Shown: positions 9,821-19,314 of the stretch, in pieces
Layout of the letters: each line of letters starts with the position of its first letter
Numbering within the stretch: the first letter of the stretch is position 1
Assembly (NCBI GenBank): GCA_965279525.1
Contig: CBDIIB010000005.1
Span: 384,001-448,000, forward strand
Length of the DNA: 64,000 nucleotides
DNA from: Tagaea sp.
Lineage (GTDB): Bacteria; Pseudomonadota; Alphaproteobacteria; CACIAM-22H2
Direction: 5' to 3'
The notes under the pieces: model-generated
What the model was told of the DNA's origin: nothing
Seen by the model: only the letters and a program-made list of their open reading frames with translations
Database searches by the model: none
Made by a program: the position numbers and the translations under genes

Positions 9821-11434
9821 CTACATCTGCTCCATGTATTCGGCCGGATCGACGATTGCGTCGATGACCGTGAATTTGCGCGACGAAACGGCCGCCGCAA
9901 AGGCTTTTTCGAAGTCGGCCAGCGTTTCGACGCGCACGCCGACGGCCCCGCACGCCTGCCCGATCTGGTCGAAGCGCGGTCCCTTGAAGTCGACGGCACG
10001 CGGTGCCATCTGCATCTTGGCTTGCTTGAGCTTGATCAGCGACAGCGCCCCGTCATTGAGCACGACGACGACGATCGGCAGGCCCAGTTCGGCCGCCAGC
10101 GGCAGCTCGCCCGCCGTCATCAGCATGCAGCCGTCGCCGACCAGCGCCACGACGGGCGCATCCGGACAGGCAAGCTGCGCGCCGATGGCCGCCGGCACCG
10201 CATAGCCCATGCAGCACAGGCCGTTGGATTGCAGCAGCTGGCCGGACGACCGGCACTTGACCGAATGGTTGGCAAGGATGCGATGCGCGCCGACATCGAC
10301 CGTCAGTTTCCAGTCGGGTGCCACGCGGTCCGACACGGCCTTGAACAGGCCGGCGGGCGAAATGCCCTTGGCCGGAGCGCGCGGCCGCACGATGTGCGCG
10401 ACCGCATCGCGGCAGGCCTTGAGTGTCGCCGCGGGCCATGCACCCGCCCCTGGCTCGCCCGACGACGAAAGCTGGCCGAGCATCGCCGGCAGGTCGCCGT
10501 AGCATTCGGTGCCCAGCGGGAAAATGCGGTGGTTGAGCGGCCCCCAGTCGAGCGTGAGCACCGCGCGATCCTGCGGCCACGCATCAAGCCACGCATCGCG
10601 CAGCTCGATCGGATCGAAGCCGACGCACACGATCCGGTCCGCTTCGCGCACGATCTTCATGTTTTCGCCGTCCACGACCGGCGACAGGCCGACCGCGCCC
10701 AGGCACAGCGGATGGGCTTCGTCGATCACGCCCTTGGCCTTGTAGGTGGCGAAGAACGGCAGGCGCCAGGATTCGGCGAAACGGCGCAGCATGTCGGGCA
10801 CGCCTTCATGCACCGCCCCGCGCCCGACCAGCAGCAGCGGGCGCTTGGCGCGCGCGATCGCGAGGCGAGCCGCAACCGCCGCATCGCCGGCAAGTGCGGT
10901 GCGCGCGACCGCGACCGGGCGGGCATCGAAATTCTCGGTCGATTCCGCACGGCCCAGATCGGCCGGGATATTCAGCATCACCGGGCCGGCCGGATAGGCC
11001 ATCGCGATGTCGAGCGCGCGCGCCATCTGCTGGGCGGGGCGTGCCGCGTTGAGCGTGGCGGCATATTTGGTGACGGGTGTGGCCAGCGCCACATGGTCGA
11101 AGACCTGGTGGTTGTAGATCTGCGCGTTGGATGTGGCCATCTCGCCGGTCAGCACCGCAAGCGGCGAGCGCTCCATCAGTGCACCCGCGATGCCCGCCGT
11201 CGCGTTGGCGATGCCGGGGCCGAGTGCGGGGATCAGCACCTGCGGCCTGCCGGTGATCTGGCAAACCGCATCGGCCATGAACGCGGCAGCGGGTTCGGAT
11301 TTCGCCAGCACGAAGCGGATGCCGGCTTCCTCGCACGCGCGCACGGTTTCCAGCACGTCGTTGCCGGGGATGCCGAACGCGAACGTGGCCCCCCAGTTGC
11401 GCAAGGTGGCGGCAAGCTTGTCGGCGACTTTCAA
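9821..11434 (-). CDS. Thiamine-diphosphate-dependent enzyme (acetolactate synthase-like fold)
   Basis: TTG start after AGGAG; FGIPG, catalytic Glu in KSEPAAAFMA, ThDP motif GDGCMLM...VLNDG. Confidence 0.85.
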   Translation of the reverse strand: MKVADKLAATLRNWGATFAFGIPGNDVLETVRACEEAGIRFVLAKSEPAAAFMADAVCQITGRPQVLIPALGPGIANATAGIAGALMERSPLAVLTGEMATSNAQIYNHQVFDHVALATPVTKYAATLNAARPAQQMARALDIAMAYPAGPVMLNIPADLGRAESTENFDARPVAVARTALAGDAAVAARLAIARAKRPLLLVGRGAVHEGVPDMLRRFAESWRLPFFATYKAKGVIDEAHPLCLGAVGLSPVVDGENMKIVREADRIVCVGFDPIELRDAWLDAWPQDRAVLTLDWGPLNHRIFPLGTECYGDLPAMLGQLSSSGEPGAGAWPAATLKACRDAVAHIVRPRAPAKGISPAGLFKAVSDRVAPDWKLTVDVGAHRILANHSVKCRSSGQLLQSNGLCCMGYAVPAAIGAQLACPDAPVVALVGDGCMLMTAGELPLAAELGLPIVVVVLNDGALSLIKLKQAKMQMAPRAVDFKGPRFDQIGQACGAVGVRVETLADFEKAFAAAVSSRKFTVIDAIVDPAEYMEQM

Positions 11435-11444
11435 GGCAAGGCTC

Positions 11445-13166
11445 CTATTCGGCGGCCCGGTCGAGAAGGCTCTCGCCCGGCCGCACGCGGGTGAAGGCGA
11501 CGGGTTCCATCGCCACGTCGAGCGTGTCGGCGCGTGTCCGCACCAGCGTATAGCGCGACGTCGGCAGGTCACCGGCTTCCGGGTGGTCGGCGCGGAAATG
11601 GGCGCCGCGGCTGTCGGTGCGCGCGACGGCCGCCGCCCGGATCGATTTCGACACGGCGACGAGGTTCTTGAGGTTCAGCCAGTCATGCCAGGTGAGATTG
11701 AAGGCGCGCGTCGTCTCGGCCACGCCGGCCTCGTCGAGAGCGGCATCGAGATCGTCGAGCACGCCGCCGGCACGCGCGAGGCTGGCTGCATCGCGCACGA
11801 TGCCGACATCTTCCCACATCGTGTCGGCAAGCTTCTCGCGGATCGGCTCGAGGTCGCGCGGCTTGCGCGCGAACGGGGCAAGTGCGCGCGCGGTCGCGGC
11901 CGCGATGGCCGTTTCGTCGGGTGCACGCAGTTCGCCGCGCGCGGCCACCCAGCGCGCCATGCTGTCGCCGGCCAGCCCGCCGAACACGGTCGAGTTCGCC
12001 ACGCCGTTGCCGCCCAGCCGGTTGGCGCCATGCACGCCGCCGGTATCCTCGCCGGCCGCGAACAACCCGGTAAGATCCGTCGTGCAGTCGCCGCGGAACG
12101 GCACGCCGCCCATCATGTAGTGGGCCGTCGGCACCACTTCGACGCGCCCGCCGGCAAGATCGAAGCCGCAATCGGCGCAGCGTTCGACCATGCCTTTGAA
12201 GCTCTTGCGCACCATGTCAGGTCCCAGATGGTGCATCTGCAGATAGACGCCGCCAAGTGCGGTGCCGCGGCCCTTGCGCACGATGTCGAACACCGCGCGG
12301 CTGACGACGTCGCGCGTCGCGCGTTCGCCCTGCGCGTCGTACTCCGCCATGAAACGCGTGCCGTCCTTGTCGAGCAGCCAGCCGCCCGCCCCGCGCAGGC
12401 CCTCTTCCAGCACCGTGCCGGTCATGCGCGTGTCAGGTCCGGCGAGCAGGCCGGTGGGGTGGAACTGAACCATCTCCATGTCGCGCAAGGGCAGGCCGGC
12501 GCGCAGCGCCATCGCCATGCCGTCGCACGCCTTGTCGCCCGACGGCGTGTGGTAGCGGTACATGGTCGGTCCGCCGCCGGTTGCCAGCAAGACGGCCTTG
12601 GCGCGCACGAACACGAATTCGCCGTCGCGCATGTCGATCATCAGCACGCCGGCGAGCGCCGAGCCGTCGGCCGTGCGCACGAGCTCGATCGCGCGATGCT
12701 CTTCCAGCCGGTCGATGCCGCGCGCCCAGACCTGCTCGGCAAGGCGGTTGACGATCTCGATGCCGGTGAGGTCGCCCTTGTGGACGGTGCGGTCGAAGGT
12801 CTGCCCGGCGAACGCCTTCTGGTGGACCGTGCCGTCCGGGTTGCGGTCGAAGAAGCAGCCCAGCTCGTTCTCCAGCTCGCGGATGCGCACCTGCGCGACC
12901 GTGACGAGCGTCCAGGCGAGATCCTGGTCGTTGAGCCACTTGCCGCCCTCGATCGTGTCCATGAAATGGCGTTCGGCGCTGTCGCCTTGGGCGAGCGCCA
13001 CGTTGTAGCCGCCCTGCACCATGCGCGTGCAGCCGCACTTGCCGAGCAGGCCCTTGACCGCGATGGTGATCTTGAGCGCCGGGTCCGCCTTGTGCGCATG
13101 CAGCGCCGCGAACAGGCCCGCCCCGCCTGCACCCAATATCAGAATGTCGGTATCGACCCGCCTCAT
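11445..13166 (-). CDS. Succinate dehydrogenase/fumarate reductase-like flavoprotein subunit (non-canonical)
   Basis: GAGGAG, LATGG, QFHPTG, RDVVSR, PTAHYMMGG, HGANRLGGN, DSRGAHFR. Confidence 0.9.
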   Translation of the reverse strand: MRRVDTDILILGAGGAGLFAALHAHKADPALKITIAVKGLLGKCGCTRMVQGGYNVALAQGDSAERHFMDTIEGGKWLNDQDLAWTLVTVAQVRIRELENELGCFFDRNPDGTVHQKAFAGQTFDRTVHKGDLTGIEIVNRLAEQVWARGIDRLEEHRAIELVRTADGSALAGVLMIDMRDGEFVFVRAKAVLLATGGGPTMYRYHTPSGDKACDGMAMALRAGLPLRDMEMVQFHPTGLLAGPDTRMTGTVLEEGLRGAGGWLLDKDGTRFMAEYDAQGERATRDVVSRAVFDIVRKGRGTALGGVYLQMHHLGPDMVRKSFKGMVERCADCGFDLAGGRVEVVPTAHYMMGGVPFRGDCTTDLTGLFAAGEDTGGVHGANRLGGNGVANSTVFGGLAGDSMARWVAARGELRAPDETAIAAATARALAPFARKPRDLEPIREKLADTMWEDVGIVRDAASLARAGGVLDDLDAALDEAGVAETTRAFNLTWHDWLNLKNLVAVSKSIRAAAVARTDSRGAHFRADHPEAGDLPTSRYTLVRTRADTLDVAMEPVAFTRVRPGESLLDRAAE

Positions 13167-13774
13167 GCCTTCACGCCGACGGCGGCGAGGGCTGCCGCAC
13201 GCCGGTCCTGCGCCGTGGCGCGGACCTTGTCGTAGATCGAGCCGCCATGGCTGTCCATCGCCACCAGCAGAGGCCCGAAGCCCTTCACCTGGAAATGCCA
13301 CAGGCTTTCGGGATTGAGATCGTCGAGATCGACGTCGACGATGCGCTCGATCCATGTCGTCTCGAGGGCTGCCGTGCCGCCGATGATCGCCAGATACGCC
13401 CCGCCCAGCTCCGTGAACGCCGCTTGCGAGGCCTCGCGCAGGCCGCCCTTGCCGATAATCAGGCGCACGCCGTACTGCGCCATCAGCGGCTTCGAGAAGC
13501 GCTCCATGCGGTCGGACGTCGTCGTGCCCACGCAGACCGGCTGGTAGCCGACCGGGCACTCGTTCGACAGCGGCACCTTGCGCACGTTGGGGGCCGTGTG
13601 GATCACGGCATGGCCCTTCATGTCGAAGCGCGTCGTGCGGCCGCGGTCGAACATGTGGATCTGGGTGGCGTCGCGGATGCCGAACAGCGAGCCGGTCAGC
13701 GTGACGGTATCGCCGGTCCGCAGGCTTCGCACCTGCGCCTCGTCCACCGGCATGCGGAATTCGTGGTGGGCCAT
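13163..13774 (-). CDS. Class I fumarate hydratase / tartrate dehydratase-like beta subunit
   Basis: 203 aa; GDTVTLTG, GTTTSDRM, IGKGG, FGPLLVAMDSHG. Confidence 0.9.
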   Translation of the reverse strand: MAHHEFRMPVDEAQVRSLRTGDTVTLTGSLFGIRDATQIHMFDRGRTTRFDMKGHAVIHTAPNVRKVPLSNECPVGYQPVCVGTTTSDRMERFSKPLMAQYGVRLIIGKGGLREASQAAFTELGGAYLAIIGGTAALETTWIERIVDVDLDDLNPESLWHFQVKGFGPLLVAMDSHGGSIYDKVRATAQDRRAAALAAVGVKA

Positions 13775-13778
13775 GGCG

Positions 13779-14666
13779 TCAGAACCCGATCTCGACGCCG
13801 GTCGGCGTGAAGGTGGCGCTCGCGCGCCTTGCCGAGTGGCACTGGATGTTGACGGCCACCGGATTCATCGTGATGTGCGTGGCCGCCGTCTCGACATGCA
13901 CCGCGAAGGCCGTGCCATCGCCACCAAGCCCCTGCGGGCCGATACCCAGCGAGTTGACCGCCCCCGACAGCAGCCTTTCGAGCTTGGCACCTTCTTCATC
14001 GTCGCACACGCTGCCGAGTGCGCGCGTCGCCGCGACCTTGGCGAGATGCATGCACAGGTCGGAGGTGCCACCGATCCCCACGCCCACGATGGTCGGCGGG
14101 CAGACCTTGCCGCCGGCTTCCATCACGCGATCGATGACGAAGGTCTTGATGCCGTCGATCCCGTCGGCCGGGATCAGCATCTTCAGGAACGAGCCGTTCT
14201 CCGACCCCGATCCCTTCGGGATCATCTCGATGCGCAAGGTGCGCGGGGCGTCGATGAAATCGATGTTGATGACCGGCACGCGGATGCCCGATGAGGTGTG
14301 CTCGTTCTTGCGCGTGATCGGATGCACGACCGACGAGCGCAGCGGGTATTCCTTCGTCGCGCGCGCCGTGCCGCGCCGGATCGCTTCCTTCAGCGCGATG
14401 CCGTCCACGTCCACGTCGCGGCCGATCTCGATGTTGAAGATCGGGATGCCGGTGTCCTGGCACAAGAGGTTGTCGGTCTTTTCGGCCACCGCGATGTTCT
14501 CGATCATCGTGGCGAGGATCGTGCGGGCCGTGCCGTCGGTCTCGGCGGCGTCCAGCCGCGTGAAGCCGCGCTTGATGTCGTCGGGCAGCAGCTTCAGCGC
14601 ACGTATATAGAGGAGCTTCGCCGCCTCCTCGACCGCCGCGATGTCGATATGGAGCTTTGCGCTCAC
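13779..14666 (-). CDS. Class I fumarate hydratase / tartrate dehydratase-like alpha subunit (Fe-S)
   Basis: GTG start at 14666; LCQDTG, KGSGSEN, KVCPP, GIGPQGLGG, NIQCHSAR (three Fe-S cysteines). Confidence 0.9.
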   Translation of the reverse strand: MSAKLHIDIAAVEEAAKLLYIRALKLLPDDIKRGFTRLDAAETDGTARTILATMIENIAVAEKTDNLLCQDTGIPIFNIEIGRDVDVDGIALKEAIRRGTARATKEYPLRSSVVHPITRKNEHTSSGIRVPVINIDFIDAPRTLRIEMIPKGSGSENGSFLKMLIPADGIDGIKTFVIDRVMEAGGKVCPPTIVGVGIGGTSDLCMHLAKVAATRALGSVCDDEEGAKLERLLSGAVNSLGIGPQGLGGDGTAFAVHVETAATHITMNPVAVNIQCHSARRASATFTPTGVEIGF

Positions 14667-15781
14667 GACGCCTCCGCGTATCGCTTCAGGAGATCGGGGT
14701 CGGGATCGTAGCCGAGGCCGGGCCGGTCGGGCAGGTGCAGGCGCCCGGCGCGGATGTGCGGGAAATCGTCGAACACCGAATCGCGCAGCGGATTGTCCTG
14801 TGCGTCGACCTCCAGCCGCCCGTCGCCGCCGACTGCCGCCAGCAGGTGCGCGCTTGCCAGCAGGCCCACACCGCCGCCCAGATAATGCGGGCAGAACATG
14901 AAGCCGGCCTCGCGCACGGCACGCCCCAGCGGCACGCAAGCCGAGAAGCCGCCCCACTTGGCGATGTCGGGCTGCAACACGCCGAACGCGTTGGACGCGA
15001 TGGCTTCGCGGAACTGCGCGGCCCCACGCATGTTCTCGCCGCCCGCGATGGGAGCGGCACTGAGGCCCGCGACAAGCTGCCATTCGCCTTCGGGGGCATC
15101 GACCGCCAGCGGCTCCTCGATCCAGCCGAGATTGAAGGGTGCGAACTCGCGCACGCGGCGTGCGGCGGTCTCGGCGTCCCACGCCTGGTTGGCGTCGACC
15201 ACGATGAACGCCTTGGGCCCGAGGGCGGCACGAAGGCCCGCGATGTTCTTCAAGTCCGCCTCGGGTGCGAAGCCGACCTTGAGCTTGAAGCCGTCGTAGC
15301 TCTGCGCGAGGCGCACCAGCGCCTGCTCGACCGCACCGTCCGGACCGAGGCCGGAGGCATAGACCGCGACGTCGCTGCGCGCCCCGCCCAGATGCTTCCA
15401 CAGCGGCAGGCCGGCGCGGCGCGCGCTCAGGTCCCACAGCGCCTGGTCGATGCCGGCCAGCACCTGCGCGAAGGTGCCGGGCTCGCCGCACTGGAGCGAC
15501 AGGATGCGCGTCTTGCCTTCGAGGATATCGAAGGCCGCGCGCGGGTCCTCGAACGTCGCACCTTTGAGCAGCGGCGCGAAGATATCGTCGAACAGCCGGC
15601 GGCGGGCGGCACCGGCCCCGGGCGGGAAGTTGCACCAGATCTCGCCCCAACCGACGGCGCCGTCGGAATCCTCTAGACGAACGAGCAGCATCGTGCGCGC
15701 GCGCATGGCGCCGAACGCGGTGCGGATCGGCGTTGCGAGCGGATAGAGATGTAGCAGTGCCTGTGCGCGCGCGATTTTCAT
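14663..15781 (-). CDS. Enolase superfamily enzyme, mandelate racemase subgroup
   Basis: MKIARAQA start; FKLKVG, VDANQ, WIEEP, GGEN, QPDIAK, CPHY. Confidence 0.88.
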   Translation of the reverse strand: MKIARAQALLHLYPLATPIRTAFGAMRARTMLLVRLEDSDGAVGWGEIWCNFPPGAGAARRRLFDDIFAPLLKGATFEDPRAAFDILEGKTRILSLQCGEPGTFAQVLAGIDQALWDLSARRAGLPLWKHLGGARSDVAVYASGLGPDGAVEQALVRLAQSYDGFKLKVGFAPEADLKNIAGLRAALGPKAFIVVDANQAWDAETAARRVREFAPFNLGWIEEPLAVDAPEGEWQLVAGLSAAPIAGGENMRGAAQFREAIASNAFGVLQPDIAKWGGFSACVPLGRAVREAGFMFCPHYLGGGVGLLASAHLLAAVGGDGRLEVDAQDNPLRDSVFDDFPHIRAGRLHLPDRPGLGYDPDPDLLKRYAEAS

Positions 15782-15783
15782 GG

Positions 15784-16668
15784 CTAGCGCTGCATGCCCC
15801 AGCGGCGGACCGTGCGCGCCTCGACGGCGCGGAAGATCACGCCCTCGACGAACAGGCCGATGACGATGACGGTCAGCAATCCGGCAAACACGTTTGCGGT
15901 CTCCAGCAGGTTGCGGTTCTCGAAGATGTACCAGCCCAGCCCGCCCGAACGTGCCGAGACGCCGAACACCAGCTCGGCCGCGATCAGCGTTCGCCAGGCG
16001 AACGCCCAGCCGATCTTGAGGCCGGCCAGGATCGACGGGAACGCCGCCGGGATCAGGATCTTCATCACGAAGCGCACGCCGCGCAGCCCGTAGTTGGTGC
16101 CCGCCATGCGCAGCGTCTCGGAGACCGACTTGAAACCGGTATGCGTGTTGAGCGCCACCGCCCACAGGACCGAATGCACGATGACGAACACCAGCGACGG
16201 GATGCCGAGGCCGAACCACAGCAGGGCGAGCGGCAGCAACGCGATCGCCGGCAGCGGATTGAACATCGCGGTCAGCGTGGAAAGCAGGTCGTTGCCGAAG
16301 CGCGTGGAAACGGCAAGCGTCGTGAACACGGCCGCCAGTGCGAGCCCCGAGCCGTAGCCCACGAACAGCACCTGCAGTGTCGTGGCCATGCGCCCGAGCA
16401 GCGGGCCGGTTACGAACGCGTCGTAGAAGGCCTGCGCCACCTCGTGGAAGGGCGGGAACATCAGCGGATTGCCGAGCCAGCGCCCGTAGAGCTCCCAGGC
16501 ACCCGCCAGCGCCAGGACGATGACGAGACGCCGGATCCAGGTCTGGTTCCAGATGCGCTCGAAGGCGGAAAGCGGCCGCTCGACCTCGCCGAACTGGGCA
16601 GCCCCCACTTCGCGGACCTCGAATTCGGCGCGGACCGGCGGCGTGATGCGTGCGGCGGCGTCAACCAT
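15784..16668 (-). CDS. NitT/TauT family ABC transporter permease
   Basis: NPLPAIALLP, PAAFPSILAGLKIGWAFAWRTLIAAE. Confidence 0.92.
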   Translation of the reverse strand: MVDAAARITPPVRAEFEVREVGAAQFGEVERPLSAFERIWNQTWIRRLVIVLALAGAWELYGRWLGNPLMFPPFHEVAQAFYDAFVTGPLLGRMATTLQVLFVGYGSGLALAAVFTTLAVSTRFGNDLLSTLTAMFNPLPAIALLPLALLWFGLGIPSLVFVIVHSVLWAVALNTHTGFKSVSETLRMAGTNYGLRGVRFVMKILIPAAFPSILAGLKIGWAFAWRTLIAAELVFGVSARSGGLGWYIFENRNLLETANVFAGLLTVIVIGLFVEGVIFRAVEARTVRRWGMQR

Positions 16669-17470
16669 GGGCGTCCGCCTTCTCCTGCTCGATGCGTTCG
16701 GCGAACAGCATGTCGTGGATGCGCCGCTGCAGGGCCTGGAACTCGACCCCGCCCTGTGCCGTGTGGTCGAACTGGTGGCAGTTGAGCTCGGCCTTCACGC
16801 GGCCGGGATGCGGCGACAGCACGAGGATGCGGCTGCCCACAACGATGGCTTCCTCGATCGAGTGCGTGACGAACAGCACGGTGAAGCGCACGTCGTCCCA
16901 CAGCTCGAGGAGTTCTTCCTGCATCTTGCGCCGCGTCAGCGCATCGAGGGCCGCGTAGGGTTCGTCCATCAGCAGGATGTCGGGTTCCATCGCCATCGCG
17001 CGCGCGATGGCCACGCGCTGCTTCATGCCGCCCGACAGCATGTGCGGGTAGACGTCGATGAACTTGGTCAGGTTCACCTTCTCGATGAAGTGGCGCGCAC
17101 GCGCCGCCGCCTCGGTCTTGTTCCACTTGCCCGCGCACAGCATCGGGAACATGACGTTCTCGAGCACGGTCTTCCACGGCAGCAGCTGGTCGAATTCCTG
17201 GAAGACCATCATGCGGTCAGGACCCGGCCGGTCGATCGTGCGCCCGTTGAGCGCCATGGTGCCTTCGACCGGCGTCATGAAGCCGGCCACGCCCTTCAGC
17301 AGCGTCGACTTCCCGCAGCCCGATGGCCCCAGCAGCACGAACCGGTCGCCGCGCTGCACCTCGAAACTGACGCGGTACGTCGCGGTGACCAGATGTTCGG
17401 CCGTCTTGTACTGGAGCGTCACCCCGTCGACCTTCAGGATCGGCGGGGTGACGCCGGAGGCGTCTGCCAT
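16661..17470 (-). CDS. NitT/TauT family ABC transporter ATP-binding protein
   Basis: GPSGCGKS, LSGGMKQR, LLMDEP, VTHS. Confidence 0.95.
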   Translation of the reverse strand: MADASGVTPPILKVDGVTLQYKTAEHLVTATYRVSFEVQRGDRFVLLGPSGCGKSTLLKGVAGFMTPVEGTMALNGRTIDRPGPDRMMVFQEFDQLLPWKTVLENVMFPMLCAGKWNKTEAAARARHFIEKVNLTKFIDVYPHMLSGGMKQRVAIARAMAMEPDILLMDEPYAALDALTRRKMQEELLELWDDVRFTVLFVTHSIEEAIVVGSRILVLSPHPGRVKAELNCHQFDHTAQGGVEFQALQRRIHDMLFAERIEQEKADAHG

Positions 17471-17486
17471 CGTCAAGCCGCTCCGC

Positions 17487-18506
17487 CTAGGATCCCTGCA
17501 CGCCGTGCAGGCCGGGGAAGAACATCTCCTTCCAGTCGGCCGGCTTTTCCTTGACCGTGCCGGTGCGCTGCATGAACTCGGCGTACTTCATCGTGTTCTT
17601 CGGCACGACGGTGAACTCGTGCTGCGGATCGTTGAGGAGCGACATCACGAATTCCTTCGGCGGCGCTCCCTTCTCGACGCGCATGTAGATGTCGGCCGCG
17701 CGGTTCTTGTCGTTCGTGATGATGGCCTGCGCCTCGACGAGCGCATCCTGGAACGCCTTGTAGACGCGCGGGTTCTGCGTGCGGACCTTGTCGGTCGTCC
17801 AGACGAAGTTGAACGAGCACGGGCCGCCCAGCACCTCGTAGTTCGACAGCACGCGCTTCACCTTGGCGTCCTGGAGCTGCAGGTTCTGGAAGGGCGGCGA
17901 GCCGAAATGCGCCGTGATCTCGCTCTTGCCCGACATCATCGCGTTCATCGCGTCGGGGTGCGACATCGAGACGGTGATGTTGTCGAGCCTGTCGTGCTTG
18001 CCGGCACCGAAGGCCTTCTCGCAGGCCATCTGGAGCGTGATGGCCTGGATGGAGACGCGCACGGCCGGCAGGCCGATGCGGTCCTTGTCGGTGAAGTCGG
18101 CGATGGTCTTGACGGCGGGATTGACGGTGTTGAGGTAGAGCGGAAGCGAATTGAGCGAGGCCACGCCCTTGACGTTGAGCGAGCCCTTGGTGCGCGCCCA
18201 CAGCACGATCATCGGCCCCACGCCGCCACCGGCGAATTCGAGATTGCCCGAGATCAGCGCGTCGTTGATGGGGGCACCGCCCGCGAACTGGAGCCAGTTC
18301 GTCTTGACGTTGGGAAGGCCCGCGGCAGCCGCGTGCTTCTCGATCAGCTTCAGGTCTTCCATGATCATCAGCGGCAGGTAGGAGATGCCGAACTGCTTGG
18401 CGATGCGCACTTCGCCGATCTCCTGCGCGTGCGCGATCCCGGGGGCGGCGAGCACGGCGGCGGCGCCGGCGACGAAGGCGCGGCGGGTCGGACGGATATC
18501 GGACAT
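17487..18506 (-). CDS. NitT/TauT family ABC substrate-binding protein (Tat signal)
   Basis: MSDIRPTRRAFVAG twin-Arg signal; SsuA/TauA-like fold; first gene of the ABC trio. Confidence 0.88.
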   Translation of the reverse strand: MSDIRPTRRAFVAGAAAVLAAPGIAHAQEIGEVRIAKQFGISYLPLMIMEDLKLIEKHAAAAGLPNVKTNWLQFAGGAPINDALISGNLEFAGGGVGPMIVLWARTKGSLNVKGVASLNSLPLYLNTVNPAVKTIADFTDKDRIGLPAVRVSIQAITLQMACEKAFGAGKHDRLDNITVSMSHPDAMNAMMSGKSEITAHFGSPPFQNLQLQDAKVKRVLSNYEVLGGPCSFNFVWTTDKVRTQNPRVYKAFQDALVEAQAIITNDKNRAADIYMRVEKGAPPKEFVMSLLNDPQHEFTVVPKNTMKYAEFMQRTGTVKEKPADWKEMFFPGLHGVQGS

Positions 18507-18585
18507 TCGGGTTTCCTCCCATTCTGTTGCGGCGGCGAAGTTCGCGGACGGTTCTGCCCTTGTCGAACAAGATTTTCTAACACGG

Positions 18586-19314
18586 TCAGGCAACGAGAAC
18601 GACTCCCGAAGCCAGCAGCAATCCCAAGACGATACGCCGGAACGTCGCGTCGTCGACGCGCGCATAGAGCCGGAGGCCGATCCACACGCCCAGCGCCACG
18701 GCCGGCAGGCACCACAGGAAATCCGAAACCGCCTGCGGGCCGATCCCGCCGTCGAAATAAAGATAGACGAGCGCCACGGCCTGCATGACGAAGATGTAAG
18801 GCTGGTAGACGCCGCGCTGCTCGTTTTTCGACCAGCCGCGCAGGCCGGTCCACGGCGTGGGGATCGCCCCCGACAGGCCGCCGAGCCCGCCCAGCACCCC
18901 GCCGACGAAGCCGACCGCCCCGTCGAGCGGTGCCCCGCCGAAACGGATCGGCCGCGGCACCCCGCGCGCCAGCATGTAGATGGCATAGACGACGAGGAAG
19001 ACGCCGATCGCGCGCTTCAGCGGCTCGGGCGACACGCTCTGCAGCAGCAGCACGCCGAGCGGGATGCCGATCACGCCACCGATCAGGAACGGGGCGAGCC
19101 GACGCCAGTCGATCGCGTCGCGCACGCCGAGAATCGAGAAGGTCTGCGCCAGCAGGCTCGCCGCCAGCACCAGGGGGGTGGCATCAACCGGCAGGCGCAG
19201 ATGCAGATAGACCGCCGACGCGATCAGCGCGAAGGCGAACCCCGCCAGCCCCGACGCGATGGCCGCCACGAAAGACGCGAGCATCAGCCAGACTTCGCTC
19301 GGCACTTCGTTCAT
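18586..19314 (-). CDS. Sulfite exporter TauE/SafE family protein
   Basis: MNEVPSEVWL start; about 8 TM segments, SGLAGFAFAL and GGVLGGLGGLSG repeats. Confidence 0.85.
   Translation of the reverse strand: MNEVPSEVWLMLASFVAAIASGLAGFAFALIASAVYLHLRLPVDATPLVLAASLLAQTFSILGVRDAIDWRRLAPFLIGGVIGIPLGVLLLQSVSPEPLKRAIGVFLVVYAIYMLARGVPRPIRFGGAPLDGAVGFVGGVLGGLGGLSGAIPTPWTGLRGWSKNEQRGVYQPYIFVMQAVALVYLYFDGGIGPQAVSDFLWCLPAVALGVWIGLRLYARVDDATFRRIVLGLLLASGVVLVA

Noticed and set aside
11445-13166. nadB (L-aspartate oxidase) or housekeeping sdhA
   Set aside because: No nadA/nadC nearby, cognate Fe-S and anchor genes are in the cluster, the FAD His is missing and gene order is non-canonical
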